Origin: Verrucomicrobiia bacterium | GTDB lineage: Bacteria > Verrucomicrobiota > Verrucomicrobiia > Limisphaerales > UBA1319 | Length of the DNA: 64,000 nucleotides | Assembly: GCA_963664225.1 (NCBI GenBank) | Contig: OY760937.1 | Span: 2,464,001-2,528,000, forward strand | Reading direction: 5' to 3' | Part shown: positions 1 through 9,910 of the stretch, in pieces | How the letters are laid out: the number at the start of each line of letters is the position of its first letter | Numbering within the stretch: the stretch's first letter is position 1 | Program-made: the position numbers and the translations under genes | The notes under the pieces: model-generated | What the model was told of the DNA's origin: nothing | Databases searched by the model: none | The model's input: the letters and a program-made list of their open reading frames with translations, nothing else

Positions 1-256
1 GAGGCCGCTGTCCTTTGCTCACACGGGGTATGAATCTCTCCTCGTGAGATGCGATGGTCCCTGTGAGCCACCAGGAATCGTCGCCCTCATCACCGCGATG
101 GTATTCCGCCCCGGTGACAAGATAAGTACCGGGTCTGTATTTTTCGCGGCCCTGATGGATGGTGACGCGATTGACGAAGGGCAAGGTCCACAGCCACGAG
201 AAGCCGAACGCGGCGAACACCGCCACACCACAGAGGAATTGGATGCTTTTGCGCAT
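1..256 (-). CDS. hypothetical membrane-anchored protein, partial (runs off left edge)
   Basis: Hand translation from ATG at 256 (MRKSIQFLCGVAVFAAFGFSWLWTLPFV...) stays open to position 2 and has an N-terminal hydrophobic helix. Not in the ORF track because the stop lies outside the window. Confidence 0.55.
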   Translation of the reverse strand, partial: MRKSIQFLCGVAVFAAFGFSWLWTLPFVNRVTIHQGREKYRPGTYLVTGAEYHRGDEGDDSWWLTGTIASHEERFIPRVSKGQRP

Positions 257-373
257 GGGGTGTGAAAACGTTAATGAAAAAGATCGGCGGGGGTGGGCCA
301 GGCGAGTTCAGAATTTAAATAAAACGTGAATGCGACGGCCGATGCTGAGACAGAGTTGAACGAAAAATGCAAA

Positions 374-646
374 TCAATGCGTTGAAAGCGCGTGTAAAAC
401 ATAAATAACGAAAGCCCATCGACTAGGGCGAAACCGATGCTCGGTACCACGGGGTGTCCGGAGACAGAGGCCGAAGGTGAACAACATGAGTAGAAAACCG
501 AAACCTCCTGTCAATACGCTGATTTCACAAGGTGAGTTGCAGTAGTGAACAGGGATGAGACAGGCACTGATAACACACAAGCCATAGGACATCCGGCGGG
601 GTGAGAACCGCCCTTGCAAGAACCATTTATTTTCAGGAGATTCCAT
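374..646 (-). CDS. small hypothetical membrane protein
   Basis: About 90 aa ORF with 2-3 hydrophobic segments, co-oriented with neighbours. No recognisable motif. Confidence 0.3.
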   Translation of the reverse strand: MESPENKWFLQGRFSPRRMSYGLCVISACLIPVHYCNSPCEISVLTGGFGFLLMLFTFGLCLRTPRGTEHRFRPSRWAFVIYVLHALSTH

Positions 647-724
647 GATCATTGCGTCTCGTCCGAGATTTGGTCCACCGGCGTCGGGTATGTTTGCTGC
701 CCCCTGCCACCCGAACGCGCCCGG

Positions 725-1897
725 TCAGGCGACTGGTTTGGGTTTCCGGGCCAAAGCCTGGCGCACTGCCACCATGAGATCTTCATTGGCAAACGGTTTT
801 GCAAGGAACTGGACCCCTGCATCCTCGGCATCCCTCTCTAGATGTTCATCGGCGGTGTCTCCGCTGGTCATGAGAATCGGGACGCCGGGATTGATCGCAT
901 GCATTCTTTCCAGGACAGTCCATCCGTTGATGTCCGGCAGGCCCACGTCCATAAACACCAGATCGAAGGCCGGGCTGATTTTTTGGAATTTCTCAAGCGC
1001 CTCGGCGCCATTGGCCGCCTCGGTCACTTTGTAGCCGCGCAAGGTCAAAGCGGTGCGGATCACAGAGCGGACCAGGTGTTCATCGTCCACCACCAGCAAT
1101 TGGGGCTTGTCCCCGAACGCGTCGCCTACTGCCTTCACCGCCACGCCGGTCTTTGGCGAGTCGATGAACGCCGCAGCGGTCGCAAGAGGGAGGCATACAT
1201 GAAAACGCACTCCTTTGGGCTGCATGTTTTCAGCCATCAATCGACCGCCATGTCGGAGGATGATTCGACGGGCCGCAACCAGGCCCATATCCAGTCCCCC
1301 GGAAAATTCGCTGGTGAGCGCATTGCCATTGCAATGAGCCAACTGTTCTCGAGGCAGACCTTCCGGCCGCAAGTCGGTCATTGTGAAACAAGCCATATTC
1401 CCGCCGCAAGAGCACTGGTGTTGCGAGTGTGCAAGGCGCAAAGTAATACCCGCACCCGCGGGCGCGGCATCGCGGGCGTTCAAAGCAAGGAACAACAGAG
1501 CCTGGCTCAGCGCCTCCTCATCCACGAAAGCATGCAATGGAACACCTTCAATCTGCAGATATTGAACCGTACCCACGCCGCCCAGATTTCGGGCCAGGAA
1601 TGACGTGGCCCGGGGAAGAAAATGAACCAAATCCACAGGATTTCCGCCTGGCAGGCATTGACGGACCAGGCCGGCAAACTTGGCTGAAAGCTCCACGCCA
1701 CGCTGGGCGCATTTGAGAATACGCGCAAGCGATTGGGCTGCGGAATCCGGCAATTCCAGGCCGTTGGCCAGCAATTCCGACCGGGTCATCAGCGCGGCAA
1801 AAATATTGTTGAAGTCATGCGCGGCCCGGGCGGCCAGGGCTTCAGCCTCCATGGCAGGCACGCCGGATTGCGGAATTTGTGATGACGATGGAGTCAT
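725..1897 (-). CDS. hybrid histidine kinase/response regulator without input domain
   Basis: H-box AHDFNN near residue 26, N-box LNARDA, C-terminal receiver (LVVDDE, DLVFMDVGLP, TSG, AKPF). Confidence 0.85.
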   Translation of the reverse strand: MTPSSSQIPQSGVPAMEAEALAARAAHDFNNIFAALMTRSELLANGLELPDSAAQSLARILKCAQRGVELSAKFAGLVRQCLPGGNPVDLVHFLPRATSFLARNLGGVGTVQYLQIEGVPLHAFVDEEALSQALLFLALNARDAAPAGAGITLRLAHSQHQCSCGGNMACFTMTDLRPEGLPREQLAHCNGNALTSEFSGGLDMGLVAARRIILRHGGRLMAENMQPKGVRFHVCLPLATAAAFIDSPKTGVAVKAVGDAFGDKPQLLVVDDEHLVRSVIRTALTLRGYKVTEAANGAEALEKFQKISPAFDLVFMDVGLPDINGWTVLERMHAINPGVPILMTSGDTADEHLERDAEDAGVQFLAKPFANEDLMVAVRQALARKPKPVA

Positions 1898-1922
1898 GCC
1901 TTAAGCTGCGCCAATCCTCGGT

Positions 1923-2813
1923 TTATTTGCCCGGATTCCCCCCTTTGACCCGCATTTTAATGCTGTATAAACCCTTGCTGGCCGTGATGAAAAGCGTCTG
2001 CCGGTCCGCGCCGCCAAAGCAGGCATTCGCGGTCCACGCCTCGTCCACCGGTATCTGCTCGATCTTCGCGCCTGTGGGATCGAACACCGTCACCCCTTTG
2101 CCTGTGAGATATACATTCCCCACGTTATCGATGGTCATGCCGTCGGAACCCAGCTCGCAAAACAGTTTCTTGTCCGTCAACGTTCCATCCGGCTGGATGC
2201 TGTAGGAATAGGTCTTTTGCGCGCCGATATCCGACACATACAATTTTTTGCCATCGGGCGTTCCTGTGATGCCGTTGGGCTGCTTGAGATCGTCGATCAC
2301 GCGGACGCATTTCTTGCGATCCGCCGGCATATAATAGACGTTCTCGGGCATTTCCCTGGGCCCGCGTTTCCACCAGGGCCGTTTGTAATAGGGATCGGTG
2401 AGGTAGAGGCCGTCATCGGGCCGCACCCAGACATCGTTGGGGCCGTTGAACAACTTTCCTTCGAAATCCTTCAGGAGCACCACCGCCTTGCCGTCGGAGG
2501 TGATGGACCAAAGCTGATTGGTTTCGTCCGAGCAGGAAATCAGGCGGCCCTGATGGTCGAACATCATGCCATTGGCGCGTCCGCATGGCTGCAAGAAAGT
2601 GGAAAGTTTGCCCTCCACGCTCCATTTCATGATGCGGTCGTTGGGCTGGTCGGTGAAATAGACGTTTCCGGCGGCATCGCAGGCGGGGCCTTCGGTAAAG
2701 GCGAAGTCGCCAGACAATTTTTTCAATGAGGCGTTGGGCGCGGTAACGGTGTTTCCAGCCAGCGCCGTCGATGCTGCAAGGGCCAACCCCAGGGATAAGA
2801 ATAGGCTATTCAT
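1923..2813 (-). CDS. SMP-30/gluconolactonase family protein, secreted
   Basis: FTEGP, NGPND, QPNGI and SDGMT motifs. Signal peptide from ATG 2813 (MNSLFLSLGLALAASTALA). Confidence 0.9.
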   Translation of the reverse strand: MNSLFLSLGLALAASTALAGNTVTAPNASLKKLSGDFAFTEGPACDAAGNVYFTDQPNDRIMKWSVEGKLSTFLQPCGRANGMMFDHQGRLISCSDETNQLWSITSDGKAVVLLKDFEGKLFNGPNDVWVRPDDGLYLTDPYYKRPWWKRGPREMPENVYYMPADRKKCVRVIDDLKQPNGITGTPDGKKLYVSDIGAQKTYSYSIQPDGTLTDKKLFCELGSDGMTIDNVGNVYLTGKGVTVFDPTGAKIEQIPVDEAWTANACFGGADRQTLFITASKGLYSIKMRVKGGNPGK

Positions 2814-3244
2814 TGCGTATCCAATCTGCTTATGACGATTGTGCGTTTTAATTCCAACATTCCAGCCATCCTGGAAAGACCAAACGGAGCATTTGCGGAC
2901 ACCACGCCATCCACCCCCCCCCGGCCGCAAATCGCTGCGATGTCTTTCGCTGAATCAGGTGGATATTACGACCGCAATCTCCCTTTGGCACTAAAAAAAC
3001 AGTTTTTTATGCGCCCGCTGTATCCATTTCCCAAAGGCCAAAAGATACATTTAAACCATGATTGCACCCGATGCGCCGAACTTGCCGGAGGTTTGCGTCT
3101 GCGACTCCTGACCGGGACCGGCGGCCTCGATTTTGAAGTTGTGCGGAGACCTCATTTACACTATAAACAGTTTATTCAGTCGGTTCGGCTCAAAGCATTC
3201 ATCGTTTTTGTGAATCGTTGGTTCCTTAAATATAATTTTATCAT

Positions 3245-4087
3245 ATGAGCACATACCATTTGAGTCGTGGTAATCGCGGTGGCTTCACTCTGATCGAGCT
3301 TCTGGTCGTCATCGCCATCATAGCAATACTTGCCGGCATGCTGCTGCCAGCGCTCGGGAAATCCAAGATCAAGGCCCAGGGCATTCAATGCATGAATAAC
3401 CTCAAGCAATTGCAGTTGGTCTTCTTTCTATATTCGGATGACAATGAAGACCGGCTCGCCTCCTCGGGATACACAAATCCGGTGGAATCCACCGCCTGGG
3501 TCGATGGTTGGGAGGACTTCAACGGCAGCAATCCGGACAACACCGATCCCGCTACACTCACCAACCCCAATCGGGCCAAGTTCGCGCGCTATTTGTCCGG
3601 AGTGGGAGTCTATAAGTGCCCGGCGGATCGCAGCACGGTCAACGTCAATGGCCGGCCGGTTCCACGGTTGCGCAGCATGAGCATGGGCCAGCAGTACGCC
3701 GGGCCGGGCCCCTGGCTCGACCCCGCGGGCAGCGAAGTCAACAACACGTCCAAAAAGTATCGCGTGTTTTATAAAAAGTCCTCGATTGATATTCCCTCGC
3801 TGCGATTCGTCTTCATGGATGAGCATCCCGATGGCATCAATGCCGGAGGCTTTGCAAACATGATGGTGGTCGTTCCGGATAACACACGCATCATCGACTA
3901 CCCCGCGAGCTACCACGACGGCGCCTGCGGCATTTCATTTTCCGATGGCCACGCCGAGACCCATAAGTGGCGGGATCCCCGGACCAAACCCGCCCCCAAA
4001 TACAACAATGACATTCAACTCAATGTCGCCTCCCCAAACAACGAGGACATGATCTGGCTGGCCAGACGCACCACCTGCCTCAACTAA
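3245..4087 (+). CDS. prepilin-type N-terminal cleavage/methylation protein with H-X9-DG C-terminal motif (PVC-type pseudopilin-like)
   Basis: [26 protein letters not shown]-terminus, CMNNLKQ, YKCPAD, C-terminal [15 protein letters not shown]. Confidence 0.9.
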   Translation: MSTYHLSRGNRGGFTLIELLVVIAIIAILAGMLLPALGKSKIKAQGIQCMNNLKQLQLVFFLYSDDNEDRLASSGYTNPVESTAWVDGWEDFNGSNPDNTDPATLTNPNRAKFARYLSGVGVYKCPADRSTVNVNGRPVPRLRSMSMGQQYAGPGPWLDPAGSEVNNTSKKYRVFYKKSSIDIPSLRFVFMDEHPDGINAGGFANMMVVVPDNTRIIDYPASYHDGACGISFSDGHAETHKWRDPRTKPAPKYNNDIQLNVASPNNEDMIWLARRTTCLN

Positions 4088-4449
4088 TGAGCGCTCTGCG
4101 CCCCGTACCCCCCCCCACCGCGGCCTTGCATTGGCCGCGATGCGCGGGGCCTCATCGCATCGCGAAGCAGAACAAAACGATCACGCCCATGAAGGCGTAT
4201 GTATTCCCAGACCGGCGCTCAGAACTTAAAATATCCCCGCCCCGCTCCTGCAAACCGCAAGCAGGATTAAATCCTTAGAACCAGACCTTCCCCCCACCGT
4301 TACCTTCGCTCAAGGCTTCTGCGAGCGTCTGCCCCCATTGGATCCACCGCGCCATTGCCGCGCATCGCTCAAGCGATTCATCATGCCGAAGGATGAGAAA
4401 CCAGAGCTCCATCCGGAGTAATTTTCAGAAAACACCAACAAATATTTGC

Positions 4450-4461
4450 ATTATCGATAAT
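4450..4461. promoter_or_regulatory. perfect 12-bp palindrome ATTATCGATAAT in AT-rich promoter-like region; candidate operator
   Basis: Overlaps a TTGCAT (-35-like) hexamer and precedes TATATTAATATT, about 190 bp upstream of the 4654 start. Confidence 0.3.
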
Positions 4462-4653
4462 CTGGTATATTAATATTCTTCATAACCTGTAGTAATAATG
4501 TTTAATGGTCGATGGCGTCCCATGCGCCGTTCGCCGCTTGAGACAAAATCATCGAGCAAGCTGGCGGCATGGAAAACACGGCAGCCGCAAGTGGAGCGTT
4601 GTTACCAGGTCGTGTGACCCGAGACCGTTGGATCGCAACCCAAAAAACTGATT

Positions 4654-5811
4654 ATGATTGCAAGTGTGAAAGGCCAAAACCTGCTGGCTCTTTTCAGTCT
4701 GGCCCTGTTACTGGCGGTTCCAGACGCCTCCGCCTTGAGCTCCTATCAAAGCCGTGTTCCCAATGGCACTGTGTCTAGCTGCGACACCTGCCATGATCCA
4801 GTGGCAGGCCCCCCTGTTTTGAACCAATTCGGCGGCGCGTTTCTTACCGCAGGACTCGCATGGACTCCGGCTCTTGCGGCTCTAGACTCGGATGGCGACG
4901 GTTTCACCAACGGCCAGGAACTGGGCGACCCTGCCGGAGCCTGGACCCCCGGAACCGCCAATCCGACGGGCACCATAACCAATCCTGGCGATCCCGCATC
5001 CCATGCGCCAACGACCGCCCCGGCCATCACGACACAACCCGCAAGCCAGACTGTGCTGGCGGGAGCCAATGCCACCTTCACCGTCGTGGCTTCGGGTTCG
5101 CCAGCCCCCACCTATCGTTGGCAGAAAAACACCGTCGATATTCCCGGAGCCACCAGTGACACGCTGACCATAAACGGTGTTGCCACGGGTGATGCGGGCG
5201 CTTATCGGGTCATCGTCAGCAATATTGTCAGTACGGCCACCAGCGATCCTGCAACGCTGACGGTCAATCACGCTCCCGTGGCTCAATCCATCAACGCGGG
5301 GACACGCCAGGGGCAGACCCAGATTTTGAGCGCGGCCAAGTTGATTTCCAGGGCCACGGACGCGGATGGCGACCCGCTGACATTAACGGGCGTCAGCGCC
5401 ACCAGCACCCAGGGTGGCACCGTTTCCTTGAGCGCCGGGGAGATTACCTATTCGCCGGCGAGTCTATTCGTTGGCGACGACACATTCACTTACACGATCA
5501 GCGATGGACGCGGTGGCACCGCCACCGCCACAGTGACCGTGACTGTAACACCCGCCAATGCTGAATCTGTGAATATTGTGTATGGACCTCTGGTTACAGG
5601 AGGGAACTTCGTGGTGCGTTTTGGGGGAATACCCGGCTACACCTACACCATCGAGTCCACCGACAGCCTCGCGCCCGCGACCTGGGTTAAGAAGCAAAAC
5701 TCGATTGCTCCTGTGATTGCGGAGAGTTTTGGGATCGGGGTGTTTGAATTCAGCGAAAGCACCGGCGGCGCGCCAGCCCGTTTTTACCGGGCCGTCTGGC
5801 CGTCGTACTGA
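4654..5811 (+). CDS. secreted protein: temptin-like domain with one CxxCH, Ig domain, cadherin-like/Big domain, C-terminal FYR domain
   Basis: Signal peptide; CDTCH; WTPALAALDSDGDGFTNGQELGDP; Ig motif (ITTQPASQTV...YRWQK...DAGAYRV); TDADGD...DTFTYTISDG; ends RFYRAVWPSY. Confidence 0.8.
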   Translation: MIASVKGQNLLALFSLALLLAVPDASALSSYQSRVPNGTVSSCDTCHDPVAGPPVLNQFGGAFLTAGLAWTPALAALDSDGDGFTNGQELGDPAGAWTPGTANPTGTITNPGDPASHAPTTAPAITTQPASQTVLAGANATFTVVASGSPAPTYRWQKNTVDIPGATSDTLTINGVATGDAGAYRVIVSNIVSTATSDPATLTVNHAPVAQSINAGTRQGQTQILSAAKLISRATDADGDPLTLTGVSATSTQGGTVSLSAGEITYSPASLFVGDDTFTYTISDGRGGTATATVTVTVTPANAESVNIVYGPLVTGGNFVVRFGGIPGYTYTIESTDSLAPATWVKKQNSIAPVIAESFGIGVFEFSESTGGAPARFYRAVWPSY

Positions 5812-5854
5812 TCCTGGAGTCGAAATTATTATCCTGTTTAATTCATTTTCACTT

Positions 5855-6571
5855 ATGAAACCTAAAGCACTAAAACATGTCCTCAAAGGGTTTTCCCTGG
5901 CCATTCTCCTGACGGGTCTCCCCGCCTTTGGCCAGGTCACGCTCAATTCGAGCTGGACCGGCACCCAGACGATTCCCGACAACAATCCTTCAGGCGTGGC
6001 GTTTCAATTCAACCTGGGCGACCCGGCCACCGTGATCCAGAATGTCTCGGTCACGTTGAATCTGACCGGCGGTTATAATGGCGATATTTATGCCTATCTG
6101 TCCCACGGCAGCGGTTTTTCGGTGCTCTTGAACCGGGTGGGTCGCAGCGGTGTCAACGACCCTGGTTATGGCGATTCTGGTTTTGCAGTAACCTTGAGCG
6201 GAAACGCCCTGGGGGACATTCACCAATATCAGAGCCTGAGTCCGACTTTCAACGGGGGTGGTCAGCTCACCGGAGTCTGGGCCGCCGATGGACGAAACCT
6301 GGATCCGGCCTCTGCCGGTTCGGCCTTCGACACCGCCCCTCGCAACTTCACCTTGTCCAACTACAATGGACTTAACCCCAATGGGGCATGGACATTGTTT
6401 CTGGCCGACCGGGCCTTTGGCGAAATCTCAACCTTGAACAGTTATTCGGTGGCCGTAACGGCAGTTCCAGAGCCGGCCGAGACCGGTCTGGTGATGGGCG
6501 CCCTCTTTGGCCTGGCTGCGGTTGTTCTCAAGCGACGCAATAAAACGACAAAACAGGATCTGGTCGTTTAA
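5855..6571 (+). CDS. PEP-CTERM sorting domain protein with proprotein-convertase P-like domain
   Basis: ATG 5855 MKPKALK signal peptide; IPDNNPSG, NPNGAWTLFLAD; C-terminal VPEP + TM helix + KRRNK. Confidence 0.88.
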   Translation: MKPKALKHVLKGFSLAILLTGLPAFGQVTLNSSWTGTQTIPDNNPSGVAFQFNLGDPATVIQNVSVTLNLTGGYNGDIYAYLSHGSGFSVLLNRVGRSGVNDPGYGDSGFAVTLSGNALGDIHQYQSLSPTFNGGGQLTGVWAADGRNLDPASAGSAFDTAPRNFTLSNYNGLNPNGAWTLFLADRAFGEISTLNSYSVAVTAVPEPAETGLVMGALFGLAAVVLKRRNKTTKQDLVV

Positions 6572-6682
6572 TAAATGACCCGTTGTTTCACCCAATAAGG
6601 GCTGCGGGGTCGGTGCTGGCACACGTTTACCGGAAGGCCTCAACCACTCCGCACTCACCACAATCCAGCCAAACCACGGACC

Positions 6683-7816
6683 TTAGGACTTCACCGTGGG
6701 GCCGCCGGATTCGATCCATGCGGTGATGCCACCCTGAACGCTTTTGACATTGGCGCAGCCGTGCTGTTTGAGGAATTGAACCGCTTTCATGGAACGACCG
6801 CCGGCTTTGCAGAAGAGGTAGGTGGTCGGGACGGGATCGACCTCCGCATGGCGCTGGGCCAGTTGGCTCAGGGGTAGCAGCGGCACACCATCGATGCGGC
6901 AGGCCTGGTATTCGTCCGGCTCGCGCACATCCATCACGCGGATGGCATGGGCGGGGTCCGCGAGGGCTTTTTTCAAATCCTGAATGCTGACTTCATCGGT
7001 GCTCATGGGGGTTTTGATTTGGGATGCGCACACGGGCGCGACTTCGACAAGGCGGGTGATGGAGGGTTTCGTACTGCAGACCGGACAATTGGGATCGCGG
7101 CGGACCTTCAATTCCCTGAAGCTCATGGCGAGGGCATCGAAGACCAGCAGGCGTCCCGCGAGTGATACGCCCTGGCCGAGGATCCACTTCAAGACTTCGG
7201 CCGCCTGCAGGCAGCCCACAATCCCGGGCAACACGCCCAAGACTCCGGCTTCGGCGCAGCTTGGCGCGGCGCCCGGAGGAGGCGGTTCGGGGAAAATGCA
7301 GCGATAGCAGGGCCCGCCCTTCGCGGGGGCAAACAGGCTGGCCTGGCCCTCGAAGCGGAACACGGCTCCGTAAACGTTGGGCTTGCCCAGCATGACGCAG
7401 GCGTCGTTGACCAGATAGCGGGAGGTAAAATTATCAGTGCCGTCCGCCACAACATCGAAGGGCTTGAGAATTTCGAGGGTATTCTGAGCAGTCAACTTTT
7501 CAGAAAAGAGCGTCACCTCGACGTTCGGGTTCAAACGGTGGATGGTGTCGCGGGCCGATTCGGTCTTGAGACGGCCGACATCGGGCGTGCCGTGAACGAC
7601 CTGCCGCTGGAGATTCGAAGCATCCACGCGGTCAAAGTCCACAATACCAATCCGGCCCACACCGGCCGCCGCCAGATAAAGTAGCATGGGGGAGCCGAGT
7701 CCACCGGCGCCCACGCACAAAACGCTGGCCGCGCGAAGGCGGTCCTGACCCTCAGGGCCCACCTCGGGCAATAACAAATGGCGGGAATACCGCCGCAATT
7801 CTTCGTCTGTCAGCAT
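6683..7816 (-). CDS. moeB: molybdopterin/thiamine adenylyltransferase MoeB/MoeZ (ThiF + rhodanese)
   Basis: RYSRHLLL, GAGGLG, SNLQRQ, DGTDNF, CYRC and CPVC zinc motifs, C-terminal rhodanese CKAGGRS. Confidence 0.92.
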   Translation of the reverse strand: MLTDEELRRYSRHLLLPEVGPEGQDRLRAASVLCVGAGGLGSPMLLYLAAAGVGRIGIVDFDRVDASNLQRQVVHGTPDVGRLKTESARDTIHRLNPNVEVTLFSEKLTAQNTLEILKPFDVVADGTDNFTSRYLVNDACVMLGKPNVYGAVFRFEGQASLFAPAKGGPCYRCIFPEPPPPGAAPSCAEAGVLGVLPGIVGCLQAAEVLKWILGQGVSLAGRLLVFDALAMSFRELKVRRDPNCPVCSTKPSITRLVEVAPVCASQIKTPMSTDEVSIQDLKKALADPAHAIRVMDVREPDEYQACRIDGVPLLPLSQLAQRHAEVDPVPTTYLFCKAGGRSMKAVQFLKQHGCANVKSVQGGITAWIESGGPTVKS

Positions 7817-7897
7817 GGCTTCATTATCCCGGTCATTACCGGTAATGAGTCAAGTCTAACACGACTCGGGAATTTGGCGACTTTTCAGCAGGACCGG

Positions 7898-9775
7898 TCA
7901 GCCCTGGAATTGCAGTTCGTAGAGGCGGCGGTAATGACCGTTTTGGGCGATCAACTGGTCGTGCGAGCCGGTTTCCACAATGCGGCCCTGGTCCATGACC
8001 ACGATGCGATCCGCCTTGTAAATGGTGGACAGGCGGTGGGCGATGCAGATGGTGGTGCGCCCCTGCATGAGGACTTCCAAGGCGGCTTGCACCGCGCGCT
8101 CGGATTCCGTGTCCAGAGCGCTGGTGGCCTCGTCCAGGATGAGGATGGGGGCGTTCTTTAGAATCGCACGCGCGATGGCAATGCGCTGGCGCTGGCCGCC
8201 GGAGAGCAATGCGCCCTTCTCCCCGACCACGGTGTCGAAACCCTGGGGTTTCTCCATGATGAAGTCGTAGGCAAAGGCACCCCGCGCGGCGGCTTCGATG
8301 TCGGCATTCGACGCTCCGGGCCGACCCAGCGCGATGTTATTGCGAATGGTTTCGTTGAAGAGAATGGTTTCCTGGGTGACCACGGCCATCTGTCCGCGCA
8401 GATCCCTGGTGGCGACCTCCCGGATGTCCGTGCCGCCAATGCGAATGGTGCCGCGGACAGGATCGAAGAAACGGAGCAGGAGGCTGGTGACGGTGGTTTT
8501 GCCCGCGCCGCTACCACCGACCAACGCCACGAGTTCGTTGGGTTTTACGGTCAATTGGATGTCGCGCAGGACCGGTTTGTCCCCGTAATCGAAATCGACC
8601 TTGTCGAACTGGATGTCGGCATTCGCCGCGCGCAGGGGCACGGGATTGGCCGGTTCGGGAATGGTGTTCTTGGTCAGAAGCAACTCATCCACCCGGTTAT
8701 AGGCCAGTTGGGCGGTGACGATCTGGTTGTGCAGCCGGCTCAGGGATTTAATGGGCGGATAGAGCAGGAAAATGCTGATGACGAACTGGAGCAACTCGTC
8801 CGGTCCGGCGCTCGTATCGGCCATGAACGCGAAATAGACAAAAAACAGGGCCACGCCGATGGAGCCGAAGAATTCGATCAACGGCCCGGGAATCTCGGAG
8901 GCGCGCACCGATTTCATGTACAAACCGGTGGCGGCATCGGTGAAGTGCTTGAACTGCTCGACCACTTTTCCCTCGAGGGTGTAGGCCTTAATGACACGGC
9001 TGCCTGTGATGGCCTCGTGCATGACGCCTGAAAGATCTGAGGAGTTTTGCTGCAGTGCCTTGGTGGATTTGCGCAGTTTGCGTCCGTAGATGATCACGGG
9101 CAGAATGCACAACGGAAACACGATCAGCGTGATGAGTGTCAGCCGGGTCTGTTGAATCAGCAACACCGTGAGCAGTGAGATCACCGTGATGGGCTCGCGT
9201 ATGACCACGGCAATGGAAGTGGTGATGCTATTTTGGAGGGTGGTCGTTTCATAAAAACGGGCCATCAAATCCCCCGTGCCCCTGCGGCTGAAGAAATCCA
9301 TCGACAGCCCCATGACATGCTCGAACATCCGTTTCCGGAGGTCCGCAATCGCGCGCATCGCCACCCAGGAAAGCAGGTAGGCATTCAAATAGGCAAGCAG
9401 GCCGCGAATGAACATGACGGCGGGAATGGAGGCGATGACCACGATAAGCAACCATTTCGAGCTGCTGCCTTCCGGGCTTAGCTTTTTCTCCCACCGATCC
9501 AGAAAGGAAAGGGACTTGCCGAGCTTGGGCCCCGCCAAAGTGCCGGCGAGCAGGCCGGTGGATGGCGCGTTCGTCACTGCGACCGCAGGCAGCGAATTTG
9601 TGGAGCCGACGACCGTGGGATTCTTCGAGTTGAAAATGACTTTCACGGCCACTTTGGCCGCCAGGGGAAGCGCGGGCGTGAACAAACCCGAAAGGACGCC
9701 GCATAAAAGCCCCAGCACAAACCGTGTCCGATACGGTCCGACCAGACTGAAAATCTTCTTAAAAACCAGAATCAT
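7898..9775 (-). CDS. ABC exporter, TMD+NBD fusion (MsbA-like)
   Basis: Six TM segments, Walker A GGSGAGKT, LSGGQRQR, ILDEATSALD, AHRLST. Confidence 0.9.
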   Translation of the reverse strand: MILVFKKIFSLVGPYRTRFVLGLLCGVLSGLFTPALPLAAKVAVKVIFNSKNPTVVGSTNSLPAVAVTNAPSTGLLAGTLAGPKLGKSLSFLDRWEKKLSPEGSSSKWLLIVVIASIPAVMFIRGLLAYLNAYLLSWVAMRAIADLRKRMFEHVMGLSMDFFSRRGTGDLMARFYETTTLQNSITTSIAVVIREPITVISLLTVLLIQQTRLTLITLIVFPLCILPVIIYGRKLRKSTKALQQNSSDLSGVMHEAITGSRVIKAYTLEGKVVEQFKHFTDAATGLYMKSVRASEIPGPLIEFFGSIGVALFFVYFAFMADTSAGPDELLQFVISIFLLYPPIKSLSRLHNQIVTAQLAYNRVDELLLTKNTIPEPANPVPLRAANADIQFDKVDFDYGDKPVLRDIQLTVKPNELVALVGGSGAGKTTVTSLLLRFFDPVRGTIRIGGTDIREVATRDLRGQMAVVTQETILFNETIRNNIALGRPGASNADIEAAARGAFAYDFIMEKPQGFDTVVGEKGALLSGGQRQRIAIARAILKNAPILILDEATSALDTESERAVQAALEVLMQGRTTICIAHRLSTIYKADRIVVMDQGRIVETGSHDQLIAQNGHYRRLYELQFQG

Positions 9776-9910
9776 GAACGTGCGGCATTATGGCGTGGAA
9801 CGCCCATTAAGCCAGAATATTGTGCGCATGGGGGCCGCGCCCTTGCGGCGATCAACGGAGGTCCGCTTCGATTTTCGAGCATCCTGTGCGGCGGCATTTC
9901 CCGCCCGCCA

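Noticed and set aside
3245..4087. type II secretion or type IV pilus locus
   Set aside because: An isolated prepilin-motif gene of the highly expanded PVC family, with no secretin, ATPase or platform genes nearby.
4505..4650. riboswitch (e.g. c-di-GMP) in the leader of the temptin-like gene
   Set aside because: Several short hairpins are present, but I could not match any riboswitch consensus by eye; an Rfam/Infernal scan would decide.
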